64,000 nt of DNA from Amoebidium appalachense (GCA_963693365.1 CAVNZM010000008.1:7822830-7886829), one strand, 5' to 3'. Positions 25,766 through 40,784 are shown, counted from the first letter of the stretch. Made by a program: numbers and translations. The notes: a model not told the origin generated them from the sequence alone.

Positions 25766-26637
25766 TTTTGAGTCACTGGCTTAAACAAAATTAATCCCCT
25801 CCCTCCCCCCCACCCCCCCGGGCTTTGGGAAAAGGGGAACAAAACCCCCCTTCCCCCCCTGTCATCGAATAGGCCAGATTTTTCCACCTCTCGAAAACTC
25901 TGTTGGTGGTTTTTTTTTTCAGTACAGCGTAACCGGCCCCTAGATCAACAGAGCCTGCGGCAATGAACACGCTAGAACACGCTAGAACAAGTGCCCCTAT
26001 CTTTATGTCAAAAATTACACCGTTCGTTTTGCCATGTATGTTCTCAATCTGGAAAGTAGGTGTGTAGGTCTTGCTGCCGCAGTTACGGCAGGAAAAAAAA
26101 AAAAAAAAAAAAAAGGGAACGTTTAAAAAAGCAGACAGTTACTGTATGACACACAGACAACCACACGTACGTTACTTGTGCACGTGCAAACACGTACACA
26201 CATACAGATACAGGAACACACACACACAGACACACACATACAGACAAACACATCCAGAAACACGCACACACAGAGACACCGTGGCACACGCATGCATGCA
26301 CACACATATGCAGACGCACACAGCGCGCACACGCGCACGCACACACATACACATGCCCGCGCCCGTGTGTGCTCAAGTGAATGCACATGTACACGCCCTC
26401 GTGTGCCGGCACATAAAAACACATTCACACACACACACACACACACACAAACATACAGGTCACACATAGATGTACATGTGTCAGCAAGATACAAGTCATA
26501 CCAAGACAAAACCGTAGCCACGTACAGCCCCTGCCCCCCCCCCCCCGGCCCCCCTCCCCTACCCTCCCCCCCCCCCCCCCCCCCCCCCACCAGACATCCC
26601 CAAATACGTAAAAACACACACCCACATGTCACACGAA

Positions 26638-26686
<49 letters not shown>

Positions 26687-27163
26687 AAAAAAAAAAACAG
26701 AGCCTGTGGAAAACTTGAAACAGCCTATAAAATTTCACGAGAAAACGACCTGGTCTCCCCGGCACTCCCCCCCCCCCCCCCCCCCCCCCCAATTGATGAT
26801 GTGATTTTCGTTACAACTAACTCGATTAACTCATTGGTGATGAATTGTTATTATAATATTCAAAACTATAAGTAGTGGCGGTACACCAATCATGATCACC
26901 AAATATAACCACATCCCGGGCAACACAGTGACAAGTTCGACAAGCTGACTTCAGCGGTGGCTTTTCGTTTACTTGGTCTCTCTTTTGCTTTTTTGTGTTT
27001 GTTTGGTTGTTGTTGTTGTATTTTTTTCGGTTCGTGTGTGTGTGTGTTTTTTTTTTTTTTTTTTTTTTCTTTTGTGGGGGGGGGGGGAGGGGTTTGTTTG
27101 GTTGTTGTTGTTGTATCTTTTTCGGTGTGTGTGTGCGTTGTTGTTTTGTTTTGTTTTTTTTTC

Positions 27164-27196
<33 letters not shown>

Positions 27197-27285
27197 GGGG
27201 GGGAGGATCCGAGGGCGGGGAGGGGGAGGGGAGGGGGAGAGGAGTGGGAGGGGATTCAGGGGAGGACAGCTGTGGAGGACGGAGA

Positions 27286-27320
<35 letters not shown>

Positions 27321-27932
27321 GAAGTAGTGTGGAGCTTCACTGAGTAGTTTGTTGAGTCAAGGCTTTTGGGCAGGTGAGGGGGGGGGCTCCAGGAGGGGGG
27401 AGGGGAGGGGGGGGGGGGGGGGGGGGGGGGGGTTGAGGGGGGGGGGGGGGTATGAGGGGGGGGGGGGGGGGGTTAGGTGAAGGTGCTGAATTTGAAACGT
27501 TTAACACAATTTTTTAAAGTACATGGCATGGAGATCTGTGATCCTCCCCCCCCCCCCCCCCCCCCCTCCCCCTTCCCTCCCTCCCCCCCCTCCCCCCCCC
27601 CCTACCCCGTCAGTGCATGGCTGCACAAGAGTGTGAATTCTTCCCCTATCGCACACCTTTTCGCCAGACATTTATGCTTATTATAGCTATCCCCACCCCC
27701 CCCCCCACCCCCTCCCATCTCCCCCCTTCCCCCCTGCTTCCCCCATTAGTCTCTCACATCCACCCACCCATGCAGTCAGCCACCCACATACTCACATATT
27801 CACGATAGCGATGAAACCGTGATATGTTCGACGGAGAATTGCATCCCTTCCACCCCCCCCCCCCCCCCCCCCCTCCACTCCCACCCAATCACTCCATCTT
27901 CACCGCAGCCCCCACCACCCCACTCAACCACC

Positions 27933-28054
<122 letters not shown>

Positions 28055-28561
28055 TCTCAGAGTCTCTCTCTCTCTCCCCCCCCCCCTCCCCTCCCCTCCC
28101 CTCCCCCCCCCCCCCTCCCCCCTTCGTCCCCTCCCCTCCCCCCCTCCCCTTCGTCCCCTCCCCCCCCCCCCCCCCCCTCCCCCCCCCAAAAAAGGAGAAA
28201 ATTAAGAAAAGTGAAAAAAGGTAAGGGAAGCCTTTTTCAAAGGCCTTGATTAAGAACAACTTTTAAAACTGCTAAATAAGGAGGCATGCATGGTACCTTC
28301 CATAGCCCCTGCAACCAAGTTGCCTCCTCCCCCCCCCCCCCCCCCCCCTCCCCCCCCTTCTCCCCCCCCCCCCCCCCCCCCCCCACCTCAGGCCTTAAAC
28401 ATGCACACACACTTGCACACACTTCTGTCCCAGGCTGCCGTGACACAACAAACCGTTGACTTATTAACTGTCCGTTTGAATCCTTTCGCACATTTAACCC
28501 AAGATGTTTTCTTCATTGAAGTTCCGAGAGGCTACCACATTGTCATGAGCTACAACCCCCC

Positions 28562-28613
<52 letters not shown>

Positions 28614-28760
28614 AAACACAATGCCATTTCATGTATCCTCCCCCTTCCCCGGTGTCTGCCCCCTTTCCACCTCCCCCCCCCCCCCCCCCCCCTCCCCCCC
28701 CCCCCACACACACACACCGCGGCATCATGAAGCCTGACCATGAAACGATAAGTATTATTA

Positions 28761-28802
28761 GGCTTTTTTGATTTTGAAACGGGGAGGGGGGTAGTAGTAA
28801 GT

Positions 28803-28835
<33 letters not shown>

Positions 28836-29476
28836 CCACCACCCCTCCGCTGGCTGGGGAAGGAGGGGGGAGGCGGGGGGGGGAGGACCCACCACCACCC
28901 CGGGGGGGGGGGGGGGGGGGGAGGGAGGGGGGAGGAGGGAGCTACCCAAACATGACTAATATATATACGATATATTGGACACCAACTTGAGAACATAATG
29001 GCAATGGCACCTTCTCTACATCCATTAATTGGTATCAATTATCAGGCCCTGGGTCACATTGGACCTGCTTACTAGCTAGGCATCCCCTCCCTGCCTCCCC
29101 CCTCCCTCCCCTCTCTACGCCCCTTAAGATCTCATACGGAGTTCGCAATGACTGGTTGTTCATGACCACTGATATTCTCGACAATGTACAGTTACAAGCA
29201 CCCTTGCACACGCAGGCACACACACGTGCGCGCACGCTCTCCAATTTAAATACGCTGATGATCACAGACTGCCGTAGGGCAATTATTATGTTATTCTCTG
29301 TGGTGGGCACATAATGATGCGCGCGCGCAAACGTGGCACACCAGATCTGAATTCCTTTTTTCCTCTCTAACGGCTTCCCCTTATTCCTCCCCCCCCCCCC
29401 CCCCCTCCCCCCCCCACCACCACCACCATCACACCACCACCACCACCACCGCGCCCTCTTTTTCGCTCTTTATCTA

Positions 29477-29540
<64 letters not shown>

Positions 29541-30277
29541 TTATTTGTCTGATGCAATTTCATCCATGCATCATGCGCCATCATGCATGCTCATCATTTG
29601 CAATTGAACAACAGAAACGTTAACACAAACAGTCACACACACACACATATTATTGGCAATTCAGACACACATGCCACGGAAGGAACCTGCGCGTGTGCAA
29701 ATTTGTGCCAGAAATTTTGGGAGTACTCTCAATCACTTACACACACACCGTGACACAACACACGCACACATATACACACAAACGCACACACAGGCAAACA
29801 CGCACTGAGACACACATGCACAGTGACACCCACACGTGCGCACACAACCTCTTTTCTAGCACACACGTGAAATGCCATGTAATTTTGCACATGCTAAGCG
29901 CATTGCGTCCACACAGCTTGCAAATGTGGCACGACGTTTACTCACACACCCAGGCCACCACAGTGATTAGCAGTGCCGAATGCCCACCCACCTTAAGGAC
30001 ACATGCACACACGGTCCCACGTCTACACCGCACAAAAATTGCAAACGCACATTCCCAGTGACATGTTGTGCATGATAGATTTGCCCTAACTTTGTCGGAG
30101 TTCGAAGTGCTGGTTAAAAGTTAACGAAGGGAAGAAGACTTACTACAAAGTTAATGTTGGTGATGGTGGTGGATGAGAGGGGGGAGGGGGGGGGGGGGGG
30201 GGGGAGGGCGAGCCTCCCAGAGCTTGAGAGGGTACGCAGCCACGGCCGGCGCGGAGGGTCCCGTTGGATTCCCCGCG

Positions 30278-30312
<35 letters not shown>

Positions 30313-30480
30313 ACTAAAGAGTTGGGTCCCCCCTTCCCCCTGGGGGGGGGGGGGGGGGGGGGGACCCACCATTGGTGGTCAGCTTAGGGAGGGGGGGGAG
30401 GGGGGGGGGGGGACCCACCACCCGGGGGGCCCTCAATACTTAGTACTCCCCACCCCCCCATTTCACAATTCGAAAATGCC
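28761..30480. mobile_element. Candidate non-autonomous DNA transposon with ~45-bp imperfect TIRs, flanked by TA
   Basis: TA|GGCTTTTTTGATTTTGAAACGGGG...GTAGTAGTAAGT is the inverted match of ACTTAGTACTCCCC...ATTTCACAATTCGAAAATGCC|TA. GGACCCACCA motifs occur near both ends; no coding capacity inside. Confidence 0.5.
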
Positions 30481-30769
30481 TAACCTAGAACAAGTTGCAG
30501 TTCACTGTGACTACGGTAGAGATCTAGGGGTTCTAAGTTGGCAGTACCTCGTAATTCTCAAATTAACGGATGGTATTTCCGGACATTTTCTATGTGGTGA
30601 ATACTGCAGCATGCACGCCATCCACACCGTATGGCCGAAAATATCCCGCATCATGCACCAGAATGGGTTGGTTAATTTTTTTATTTATTATAATGACTTT
30701 ATGGACATGCTCAGCAAAATAGAAGCCATCGCGATATCACCGATATCTCGGAGAAGAAAATACAAAAGT

Positions 30770-33050
30770 TCACACTCTCGGATACGGAGGAGATAACGAC
30801 TTAAATAATCATACACCCTAGAAAACTCGTTATTAACATACCGTGGTTCAACAGATAGTCAATAGACGTAATATCAGGATTATCTAAATAAGCCAGTCTT
30901 CTAATTTCTAGCGGCCCCGGGAATAATCTGAGATAAATAAATACTTCTATCTAAGTGTTTACGAGAAAAAGGTTCTGCACAAAAGTGGCACAAACATTTA
31001 TGGAAACAAAGGTTACAGCGCCAAAAAAAACATTTCCAAGCTATATCATGATCACAAGGTCCTGGAGGGGTTAGAATTGCAAAATCGGTAAGTGTGGTAT
31101 GTTTACGAGAGGAAGGATAAATATAAGTAGCTAATTTACACAACGATTGTAAAGAAAATACTAGTAGACGAGTATCTAATATAAAAAGAAGCACAGCCTC
31201 AAGTGCCCTACCATGATACTCTTAATCACAACGATGAAGCAAAGGATATTGAGTATGAAACCAAGTAACATACTCACTGATAACTAGTAGAAGAGAAAAA
31301 TAAAGGAGATAAGTATTTAAAAGGATATCTCGGAATGGGAGAGAGCCTCATTGGGGATAGGACATTTCGCACGAACATTAGAAATGCCGGGAACAGGTGC
31401 TACTTAGTAAAGATTGGGAAAGAATTGCAACGAAGGATGATAAGAAGGAAGCCTAACCAAATGAAAACAAAAGCGAAGTTCTTCATTCATACGCTGGCGC
31501 GCCGGAGGGAGACCAAAAACACTCAGCAAGGAACCGCCAAAGGATGCCTACGCGAGGTTCGAGAAATAAACTGGATGAATTCACGCTGAAAGGAATCGAA
31601 TTCCGGAAGAGCCGCGCGCTGTTGCCGTGGAGGGGCACACAAGAGTAACGGGAGGCCATATTCGAAACATGGACGAAGAAAAACTTTATAAAGAGTGAGC
31701 AAATTGGCAGGATGAATATTAGAGATATTTGCGAATATTCCTTGATAGATATGTAAGCGACCACGCGCACGAGAAATGCACGAAGTCAAAAGGCACTCAA
31801 ACCAGATACCCTTAGAGGTGAAAGGAATACCTAAATAGTCATAGGAGGACACGATTGGGATAGGTTGATTGTTCAGAGTGTAGTGTGCATTGGAAGAAAA
31901 GGTGCCGCATTTATCTATCCCAATTTTCATGAAATTTCGGAAACACCAGTCATCTACTCGAGAAAGCATGTTATTCATGATAGAAGGATCGTGAGTGACT
32001 AAGACAATTATATCATCAGCGAAAAAAAGGCCGGAGACACAAGAGTTGCCGGCAAATGGAAATTGTTGAATTTCTACCGCTAAGTCGTCAATAAAGACAT
32101 CAAAGAGAAGGGGACTCAAACGTGAGCCCTGTAAAAGGCCTCGAGTACGATTGATTCCGTTACTCAGTGCCCCATTCACAACGGCAGCCCCATGGGTGTG
32201 GTCAAATAACGCCTGAAGTAGCCGGCGACCAAAGGAAAGAGGTAGCCCTCGAGAGGCCAACTGGTGCCACAGCAAATTCGTTGGAACCGTGTCATAGGCA
32301 TTCTTAAGGTCGATAAAGCATACCTCGCGACATCCAGAACGAATAGTGTCGTGTAATAGAAGAGCATGAGTATAGCACGAATAAGCACGCCGAAATCCAC
32401 CCTGAATGTTGCTCAACCGGAAGACACTCTATAAGGTCTCATGTTTGTGGAAGGCACGCAATATGCAGGACTCGAATAGGCGACGAAATATGTTAGTTAA
32501 GGTGACTGGCCGGAAGGAAGAAATCGGACCAGTAGAGACCTTCTTGAGGACGGGATTTATGATGGTGTCATCCCACGACAAAGGAATGAATCCCAACTCA
32601 TAGAAGGCACTGAGAAAAACTCGCGCAAAGGGGGGCGGAGGCGGCGTATTCCCGCCTTTGGTAATAACGGGCGGAGGGCACAATGCCTTAAGAAGCGCGG
32701 GTGGAAGGACATCCGGACCACAAGCCTTCTTGGGTTTTAGGGCAGAAATAGCACGTTGAATGTGTGCAACATTAAAATAGCTCAAATATTCGCCTGGAAA
32801 GGAACTCTTGAACGGAATCAATCGGCCAGGAAGGTGGTGTGGAGAGTAAAGAATACGAAGGGTGCGTGGAAGGAGCAGAATTAAGGTGGAAAAATTCGGA
32901 ATAATAGTCATCTGTGATTCATGTTTTTCCCAGCTCCGATGATGCAGGGTTAAAGCTGAAAGGAAAGAAGTGCTCTTTGTTCATGAAAGAAGTGGCTTTT
33001 CCGGCCATGGTGACTCGCCTTATGATCTTAAGGTAGAGCCAGGATAAGGG
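30770..33050 (-). mobile_element. Decayed, 5'-truncated non-LTR retrotransposon (LINE): reverse transcriptase and C-terminal Cys/His region
   Basis: ORFs 32429..32911 (KKACGPD, FRPVTL), 31523..32416 (QGGFR, DLKNAYD, RGLLQGSRLSPLLF, FFADD, YDYLG) and 30901..31194, separated by frameshifts and stops. Confidence 0.9.
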
Positions 33051-33500
33051 ACAGCGACTGAGAAGCTATCCACTACCTGAGCTACGAAGTGACCTAAGGC
33101 TCGAGTAATAATCATTATCGAACGTTTGGGATGATTTTAAACCATCCACACAACCGAATAACTCACAATCGAAAAAAACGAATTTGCGGAAGAATTCCTA
33201 AAAAGGAAAACACCTAAAAAAGGAAACCACCCACTTCTACGAAACAAAAGCCAAGCACAGTGACGAAGCGAACAATTTGCACACACATTCTGCATATGAA
33301 AATGAAAACACAGAAGAATGCTGCATGAATTTGTGTTTTGGCAAATAAAGAAGTGCTCATAGACGTGCGTCAACTCTATTCCACCGTCCTTGCTCTGTTC
33401 TGTCCAGCAGCTCGGCATACACAAGAATTCTCGCTGAAGGTTGTTTATCGCCTCTCAGCCTGGTGGTTTGCTTGTCTAACGACACCACCAGGCTCCCGAC

Positions 33501-34019
33501 AAGGGGGGGAGTGTAAACAACTGTACACATGAACTGTACATGTTTACTAAAGAATGTGAACTGATAGCACACGATTCGTGCTTTGTCATGAATGTTGACC
33601 CACATATAATATATTATTAAATATTATGTCCGCGCCAATAGGAATCACCGAGTCTCTTACCTAAGAAGTGAACCGTATATGGTTCTACCGCTGCATACCA
33701 CATAAACGAAGTGAACCAATAAGATGTTTGCATAAATAGGGCGAAGGTCTGACTGGCTCGGACCGCACCAGAATCACGAATGGCATGTTGCCACCCGCGC
33801 TGGCCGCGGATGAACCAATCCTGGGCCTTGATCCGAAACCTGGGGGCTATAATAAGAAAGCCGTCCCAGTACGGGGATCACATCAGTGAAGTCTGAGACA
33901 GACTGAGTCGGCCCATAGTAAAAGCAACCTGGCCGCGTGTGCCTTTCTACCCGTTCTCTGTCTAAATTATTTTGATTCAGTTGTACTCTGCCTTATCCTA
34001 ACCAGTCCAACTGTTTACA
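33501..34019 (+). mobile_element. Polypurine tract plus 3' LTR remnant of an LTR retrotransposon (LTR 33512-34019, 508 bp)
   Basis: AAGGGGGGGAG is immediately followed by TGTAAACA and the segment ends TGTTTACA (8-bp terminal IR, TG...CA). It contains three CCAAT boxes and TATAATAA at ~33848. No matching 5' LTR or gag/pol seen in the window. Confidence 0.7.
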
Positions 34020-34086
34020 CCACCCCCCCTAGTGTCCCCCCCTCTCCCTCTACCTCTCTCTCTCTAGGTCTTTCTCTCTCTCTTCT

Positions 34087-34126
<40 letters not shown>

Positions 34127-34269
34127 TACACACACACACACACACACACTTTCTCTCTCTCTCTCTGTCTCTTCTCTCTCTCTCTTTCTCCCTCCCCCTC
34201 CCTCTCTCCCCCCTCACTGTCTCTAGCTCTTCCTCTTTCTCTCTTTCTCTCTCTGCTCTCTCTCTCTAT

Positions 34270-34307
<38 letters not shown>

Positions 34308-34624
34308 CTTCTCTCCCCGACACACACTCTCTCTCCCCCTCCCCCCCCCCCTCTCTCTTCTCACTCTCTCTCTTCTCCCCCCTTCCCCTCTATCTCCCCC
34401 CTCCCCCTCCCTCTCCCTCTTCTTTAGCTCTCCTCTCTCTCTCTCTCTCTCCCCCCCCCCCTCTCTCTCCCTCTCTCTCTCCCCCTCTCCCCCCCCCCCC
34501 CCCCTCTCTCCCTCCCCCCTCCCCCCTCCCCCCCAGGGCCTCCCTCCCTCTCGTGCGCTTTTCGGGGAAGTTAAGGGGAAGTGCAGGGAGGGGTAAGCCA
34601 CCAGAAGTGACAGAGTCTGAGTGA

Positions 34625-34690
<66 letters not shown>

Positions 34691-36835
34691 TTCCACCCCC
34701 TTCTCGCATTTTTCAATAGAACGAAGCATTTCAGTATAGCGGTAGCCAGTATCAAGCCATGAGCGTCCTTGATGATGATGATGGCATCTGCAAAAGGCAA
34801 CATAGTAGAAGTTAAATGATTGTGCAGCCACATGCATAATCGGCTTTCAATTGCATGATTACTCCAAAACATGTGCTCTCTGACCGTGATATCGATATCT
34901 TTGACTCTGTGATTGATGACTTAAGTTTACTCCCAACCATGGTCACGTACCTCATTACATGTGTCCAAACTGTACACGACGCGCCACGTGTGAAGTGAAG
35001 TGCGTCATGATCGATCAGTGGAAAAAAGGAGAATAGTAGAGTTCAGAACGCCGAATTTAGCGGGACTCGAAAAGTTCACATCAAGTCGGACTTGCCAATC
35101 CATAATCGCTATCCAGGATCTTGTCGCTGATTGGTTGTGCGTCTGCATGCGTCATTGTCAGGTGCGAGAGACGACACCCATTGGCAGATCTACATAAGTA
35201 CGACGATCTAACATTCTTAATTGGACCGTTGTTGGGAATGCACTTATGGAAAAGCTTAGACATGTCATTCGTCATGTAATATAGAAATGTCACAGCTAAC
35301 TTCAAATAGAACTAGAAATTGTCCCAAAAATCCTAGGATATCACATTGTTATATCACACGTATCTAGTGCGCCATACTTGTTTCCAATCTCCATCCATCA
35401 AAATTATTTAATTACCGGGGCTCGAAACGTTTCGAACCCGCCCCGCCATCGTCGGCTTATTGGATGTGGAGTGGATGAATCATTGCCAATAGCTTAGCGG
35501 AGGTGCTGGCCGGTGCCACGGGAAAGGTTTGGGGCCAGCCTTGCAACGTGGTCCCACAATCCAAAAAACAAAGTTTTCCCTAATTTATACGGTGTTAACG
35601 TTATTTCCGCTGATTTTTTGTTGGCACCAACAGAGTCTTTTAACCAACCATTATAAGGTGCAGCGGAACTTATCGCGATGCGGCAGGTGTCAACTTCGAA
35701 TTTCACTCAGAAGAAGGTAGTCTCATTGACCTTGTTACCAAGGGATTATTTTCAGCTTTCCCCCTTGCTTCCCCCTTGTGGTCTATGATGATGGTGAGTC
35801 TCGGGCGCCCAGCTGCCAGTACGGTCCGCTGCGTTGCGGATAACACGTCGATACGGTACCGCCTGGCTGCTGGAAAATGTCCCTAAAACTCCAACAAGTG
35901 TCCCTACTTTTTGTAGTCAGCTCCACCGATTTATCAACCAGTGGCCCTAATACAGCCAAAATATAAATAAAAAAATATCACCAAGCTTTAAGAGACCCTG
36001 AGACCCTAATTGGTGGCTCTATTATGAAATGGTACCAGCCAAAGACGAATTCCAAACCCTGCCCTTCGCAGATCTCGCAGATGCCACATCTCGGACTGAA
36101 TGATTGACAGAATTCACCGATCCTATAATTAGAACTCGAAAGTTCATTTCAATCGATCGTGTCGATTCATGAAGTGTGAGACGGTCTGTCTGATCGGACA
36201 GTGATTACAGCACTGTCGCACTGTTTGCACAAAAAGGCTGAGTCAGGAATCGACCGGTCGCTCAACGTTACTTTTCCCTTTTTCGGAACCGCTCGGGCCA
36301 TTCATAACGACCATATGCATCACTCCACTATAGCTACTGCCCAAGCGAATCTGCATGCTGCACTGCTGCCACACACAGGCGGAAACTTACTACTGATTAT
36401 CTCCTACCCTGAATAGTACTACAATAATCTTCAACCGTGGCAGTGTATACGTAGGTCGTAGGTCACGGCCCGTGCCATCGATACAGCCATAATTAGCAAT
36501 TAAATAGATTGGTCGGGTGCACACGGTGCAACGGCTCTATCATTTCGCCTCTGGTCTTATTTTATCCTGGTGAGGTGACACGAGGGTTGAGCGCAAAATA
36601 AAACCCGATGACACTCGACGACCACAGTGTATTGATCAGTATACTACGGACCGGTTTAACTTATATTACTGTCAGTGCCACAGTGACACACAAAAATCAT
36701 TACTGTGACAACGCAAACCTCGTCGCACACTACCGCAATACTTGTCACACACACACCCCACCCCCACCCCCCCCTCCCCCTCCTCCCCCCCCTCCCACAA
36801 AAGAAAAATTGCCGTCACACCCTCGGAACTGAAAA

Positions 36836-38491
36836 ATGGCCACACCTCCACCTGCTTTGGAACAACCACCCGCATCATCCCCTCGGGTCGTTTCGAATTC
36901 TCTTTCGGGTTCACGTCAGAACCTCCCCCAGGTGCTTCCTCGTCTGGCCTCCCCCTGTACTTTAGATTTTTCCTTCAACGGCTCCTCTTCTTTCTCAAAG
37001 TCCATCGACATGAACGTTAACACCGCGGCGGCTACGCCGTTTGCTCCTGGCATTATGATGACTTCCTCGGGATCCCCTACCCTGGGAATTTGTGAGCTAG
37101 AGCCGGTCTCTCCCATTTCGCCAAGCATGCTACTACCCCCGGGACACGCCAACGTTGGCTCATTCGACATATGCATGCTGCCTACGACGACCAGAACTCC
37201 GCCTGAATTCGCTCAAGCCCAGCTGGCAGACGCCATCGTTGAAGAAGAGGCATGCACCCTCATTCACAATACACTTCAACATGTCCTTTCGGCCGAGTTT
37301 TCCATCGGGACACACCACGTGTACGGCAACCCTTCCACTGCTACCGTACGCGTCGGACGATTGCACGACTCTGCACTGCCTCCTTACGCAAAGGCTGCAC
37401 ACAGCGGTGTTCAAATTCATGCCGAGATTCTGAAGAGAGCCGCAGGCGAGGTCAACACGATGACACATGGAAACAACAAGACTTTCAAGCGTGCCCGTAC
37501 GGATTCCAACGGCGCGACAGATGTATCGCGGTCTTTTGCCAAGGACGCAGTGACTGTCAACACGTCACCGGCTCCCGCAAAACCCGATGTTAACGACAAC
37601 GGTATTGAAAGCCCCAGCGGCACTTCGGGGGCACCAGCGGGTGAGAGGAGCACTACGTACAATATGAAAAAGGAGGACCAGTGTCCGATTTGCGACAAAA
37701 AATATACCGGAGTAAAGAGTTTGCGCAACCATCTACGCAAGTATCACCAAAAACACCGGGTTTCCGTGTTGAAATCCGGTAGTCAAGTCACTCAATCGAC
37801 GTCATCGGCGGTGCCTTCCAGCAGAACTTCACCCGGTCGTCGCAAAACTCAAGACTCAACCAAAACCCCCACCCAAACCCGTGTCCGGATCCTGGATGGT
37901 CTAAATAATGCCCAAAATAACCAGGTGGTTGCAATTGGCAGCATCAGCAGTTACTCTTCCGAAAGTACTTTTTCGGAAAATACCGATTTTTGGCGAAATA
38001 ATAACTCCAGTCCCAAATACCAGCCTGAGAGCCGGCGGAGCTTACACAGCACGTTCCCCTTGCAAAGCCGACGCTCGTCGACGGCTAGCACCGTGGCAGC
38101 GGTGAGCTCGAGCACCAGTTCCGAATCGGATCTAATGGATATGCTCCTTGGCCTTTCACCGCTCACGGTGTCGCCATACGAACGTTCACCGGTGAACAAT
38201 GTGACATCCACTCCTCCGGGTCAAAATTTCACGAATTGGACCCCCGCCACCACCAAAATTTGGCAGACAAACCCACTGCATCTTTCTTCACTGGATACCC
38301 CGACGTCTCGCGAGTCGTTTCCGGTGGACCTGCCATCGTTAGTCACCGACATGTCGTCCCCTGCTTCTGCCTCTCAGTTGTCTCTGCCCGACACCAACAT
38401 TGTGGCATCCGATTTGAATTTATTGACCAGGATTGATTGGCTGGCACTGGCCGCCCTCGGTAAGCACGACACCAATGGGCTCTTTTTCTAG
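36836..38491 (+). CDS. Intronless single C2H2 zinc-finger protein, putative transcription factor (paralog 2, 551 aa)
   Basis: ORF with CPICDKKYTGVKSLRNHLRKYH; shares the STYN-like lead-in, finger and QKHR tail plus other short motifs with paralog 1. Confidence 0.87.
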   Translation: MATPPPALEQPPASSPRVVSNSLSGSRQNLPQVLPRLASPCTLDFSFNGSSSFSKSIDMNVNTAAATPFAPGIMMTSSGSPTLGICELEPVSPISPSMLLPPGHANVGSFDICMLPTTTRTPPEFAQAQLADAIVEEEACTLIHNTLQHVLSAEFSIGTHHVYGNPSTATVRVGRLHDSALPPYAKAAHSGVQIHAEILKRAAGEVNTMTHGNNKTFKRARTDSNGATDVSRSFAKDAVTVNTSPAPAKPDVNDNGIESPSGTSGAPAGERSTTYNMKKEDQCPICDKKYTGVKSLRNHLRKYHQKHRVSVLKSGSQVTQSTSSAVPSSRTSPGRRKTQDSTKTPTQTRVRILDGLNNAQNNQVVAIGSISSYSSESTFSENTDFWRNNNSSPKYQPESRRSLHSTFPLQSRRSSTASTVAAVSSSTSSESDLMDMLLGLSPLTVSPYERSPVNNVTSTPPGQNFTNWTPATTKIWQTNPLHLSSLDTPTSRESFPVDLPSLVTDMSSPASASQLSLPDTNIVASDLNLLTRIDWLALAALGKHDTNGLFF

Positions 38492-39630
38492 GCGCAAAAA
38501 TTATCGGTATGCGGCAAGTAATTCGATAGTTTGCACACCATATTTTGTGCTGTCCCCAAAAGGGTTAAATTGAATGTCGTTCTATCTTTGGCAAGACCAA
38601 CTGGCTGCATGTAATATGATCATACTATGTGTATCAAACTTTCAAACAGTAACCTTAAACCACAGTTAAATTACAGCTGTATACTGACACATTAGACTAC
38701 TATGTGGTTTATTTGGAGTTGCCCTCCCGTTTGGCTACACCATTTAGTTTAGATTAGAGGCAATGCTTACTTTCTATAAAAGCAAGTTATTGCTCCAGCA
38801 GCACGGAAAATTGCTGCTATGTAAACCTATGTAAACTACTAGTCTTTTGTAGATTTCAATAAGGTCTTCTCTTAGTAAACGCTTTGTGCGTTTTGTACAG
38901 TGCTGACTCAAAACGTTTTCCTCATAAAGTTTGTGCCGCCGGAAGTTAGCTTTATACAATGCTATAATTCAGTACAGCAATTCTGTAAAAACAACACAGC
39001 GGCATCGGGTGTGACATCAACCAGTGTAGAGCACTAGTTTCCAAACTGTGACATATCATTTTTGCCCACGAACTGTATACAAACTGTATCATATCATTTT
39101 CCCTCTTAAACTATCTGTTTTACAAACTGTAACATTTGTGCAACACCACTGGACTGTTAACATGCTCTTTTTGCCACTGGCACCAACGGCCAGAAATGTA
39201 CTGTCAGTTCAACGTCAACATAGTGCTCAATACCCAGTGTTGGGATGGAAGGTTTTTTGTTGTTGTTCTTCTTCAAAGGTTTTTGATTCAGGGAAGGGGG
39301 AGGGGGGGCTAAAGCTGGAGAGTGCCCGGATGATGTCTTTTTTTCCCGATTTTTTTTTAATTTATTTATATATTTTCATTCTTTCTTTCCGAGGCTTTCT
39401 TTCTTTCTTTCTTTTCTTTTTTCTTTTTTTTTTTTTTTGGGGGGGGGGGGGGGGGCTGGCATTACGACGTGTAAGTGGACCGGGTAGTTCCCATGAGCAT
39501 GAGGGACCACAAAGGGCCTCCCCGGAGACAAAACGGTTGAAATAAAAAATTAAAACTATAAACCGTTGCTATGTTTTGGCCTGGTGTTGCTTTTTTGCAT
39601 AAAAACATATACCATACACACACACACACT

Positions 39631-39757
<127 letters not shown>

Positions 39758-39975
39758 CCTCTCCTGCCCCCCTCCCTCCTATCTCTCTCCCTCCCTTCAC
39801 CATTACACACACACACGTACGCACAAACAGTGTACACACACACACACACACACACGTGACAAACACACAGACACACACACACTCTCTCTCCCTCCCCCCC
39901 CCCCCCCTCCCTCTCTTCCTCTTTCCCTCTCTCTCTCTCACTCTCTCACACACACACTCTCTCTCTCTCTCTCTT

Positions 39976-40054
<79 letters not shown>

Positions 40055-40191
40055 CTCGCTCTCTCTCTCTAGCTCGCTCTCTCGCTCTCTGTCTCCCCCC
40101 CCCCCCCCCCCCCCCCTCCCTCCCTCCCTCTCCCTCTCTCTCTCTCTCCCCCCCCCCCTCCCCCCGAAGCCCTCTCTATCTTCTCTCTCTC

Positions 40192-40245
<54 letters not shown>

Positions 40246-40746
40246 TCACTCACTCACACACTCATTTCCACGCACAAAAACGTGCATACGTTTGCACTAG
40301 TAGTAGTACAACACGTGTTATCGTAATATGATCCGCACACAATCTTATTCATTGACTGGTTGCACACCGTGAAACACACGCACACGATCATTCTTTGGCA
40401 TATGTTTGAAAGCAACTTACGGAAATTAAACCTGTTCTGTTTGCTCTCAGTGGAAGCCATAAATTCCTATATACTGTACTATCCGAGCAGATGCATTGCA
40501 GGTTCTACATGGGCACCCGGAAAATATGGTACCCCCCCCCCCCCCCCCCCCCTCCCCCCCTCCCCCCCCCCCCCCCCCCTCTCCCCCCCCCCCTTCTCCC
40601 CTTCCCTCCCCTTACCCCCTCCCCCCCCCCTCCCCCCCCCCCCCCTCCCCCCCCCTTCCGCCCACCATCCGCCGGGGTAGGGGAAGTTGCCCACAGGCCT
40701 CGGTACCGTTCTAGCTTTGAATTTGGTGTGTTAGTGGTTACCGCCT

Positions 40747-40784
<38 letters not shown>

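Noticed and set aside
33935-33980. U5 snRNA-like loop and Sm-like site
   Set aside because: The loop deviates from GCCUUUUAC, its flanks do not pair, and the region is better explained as LTR.
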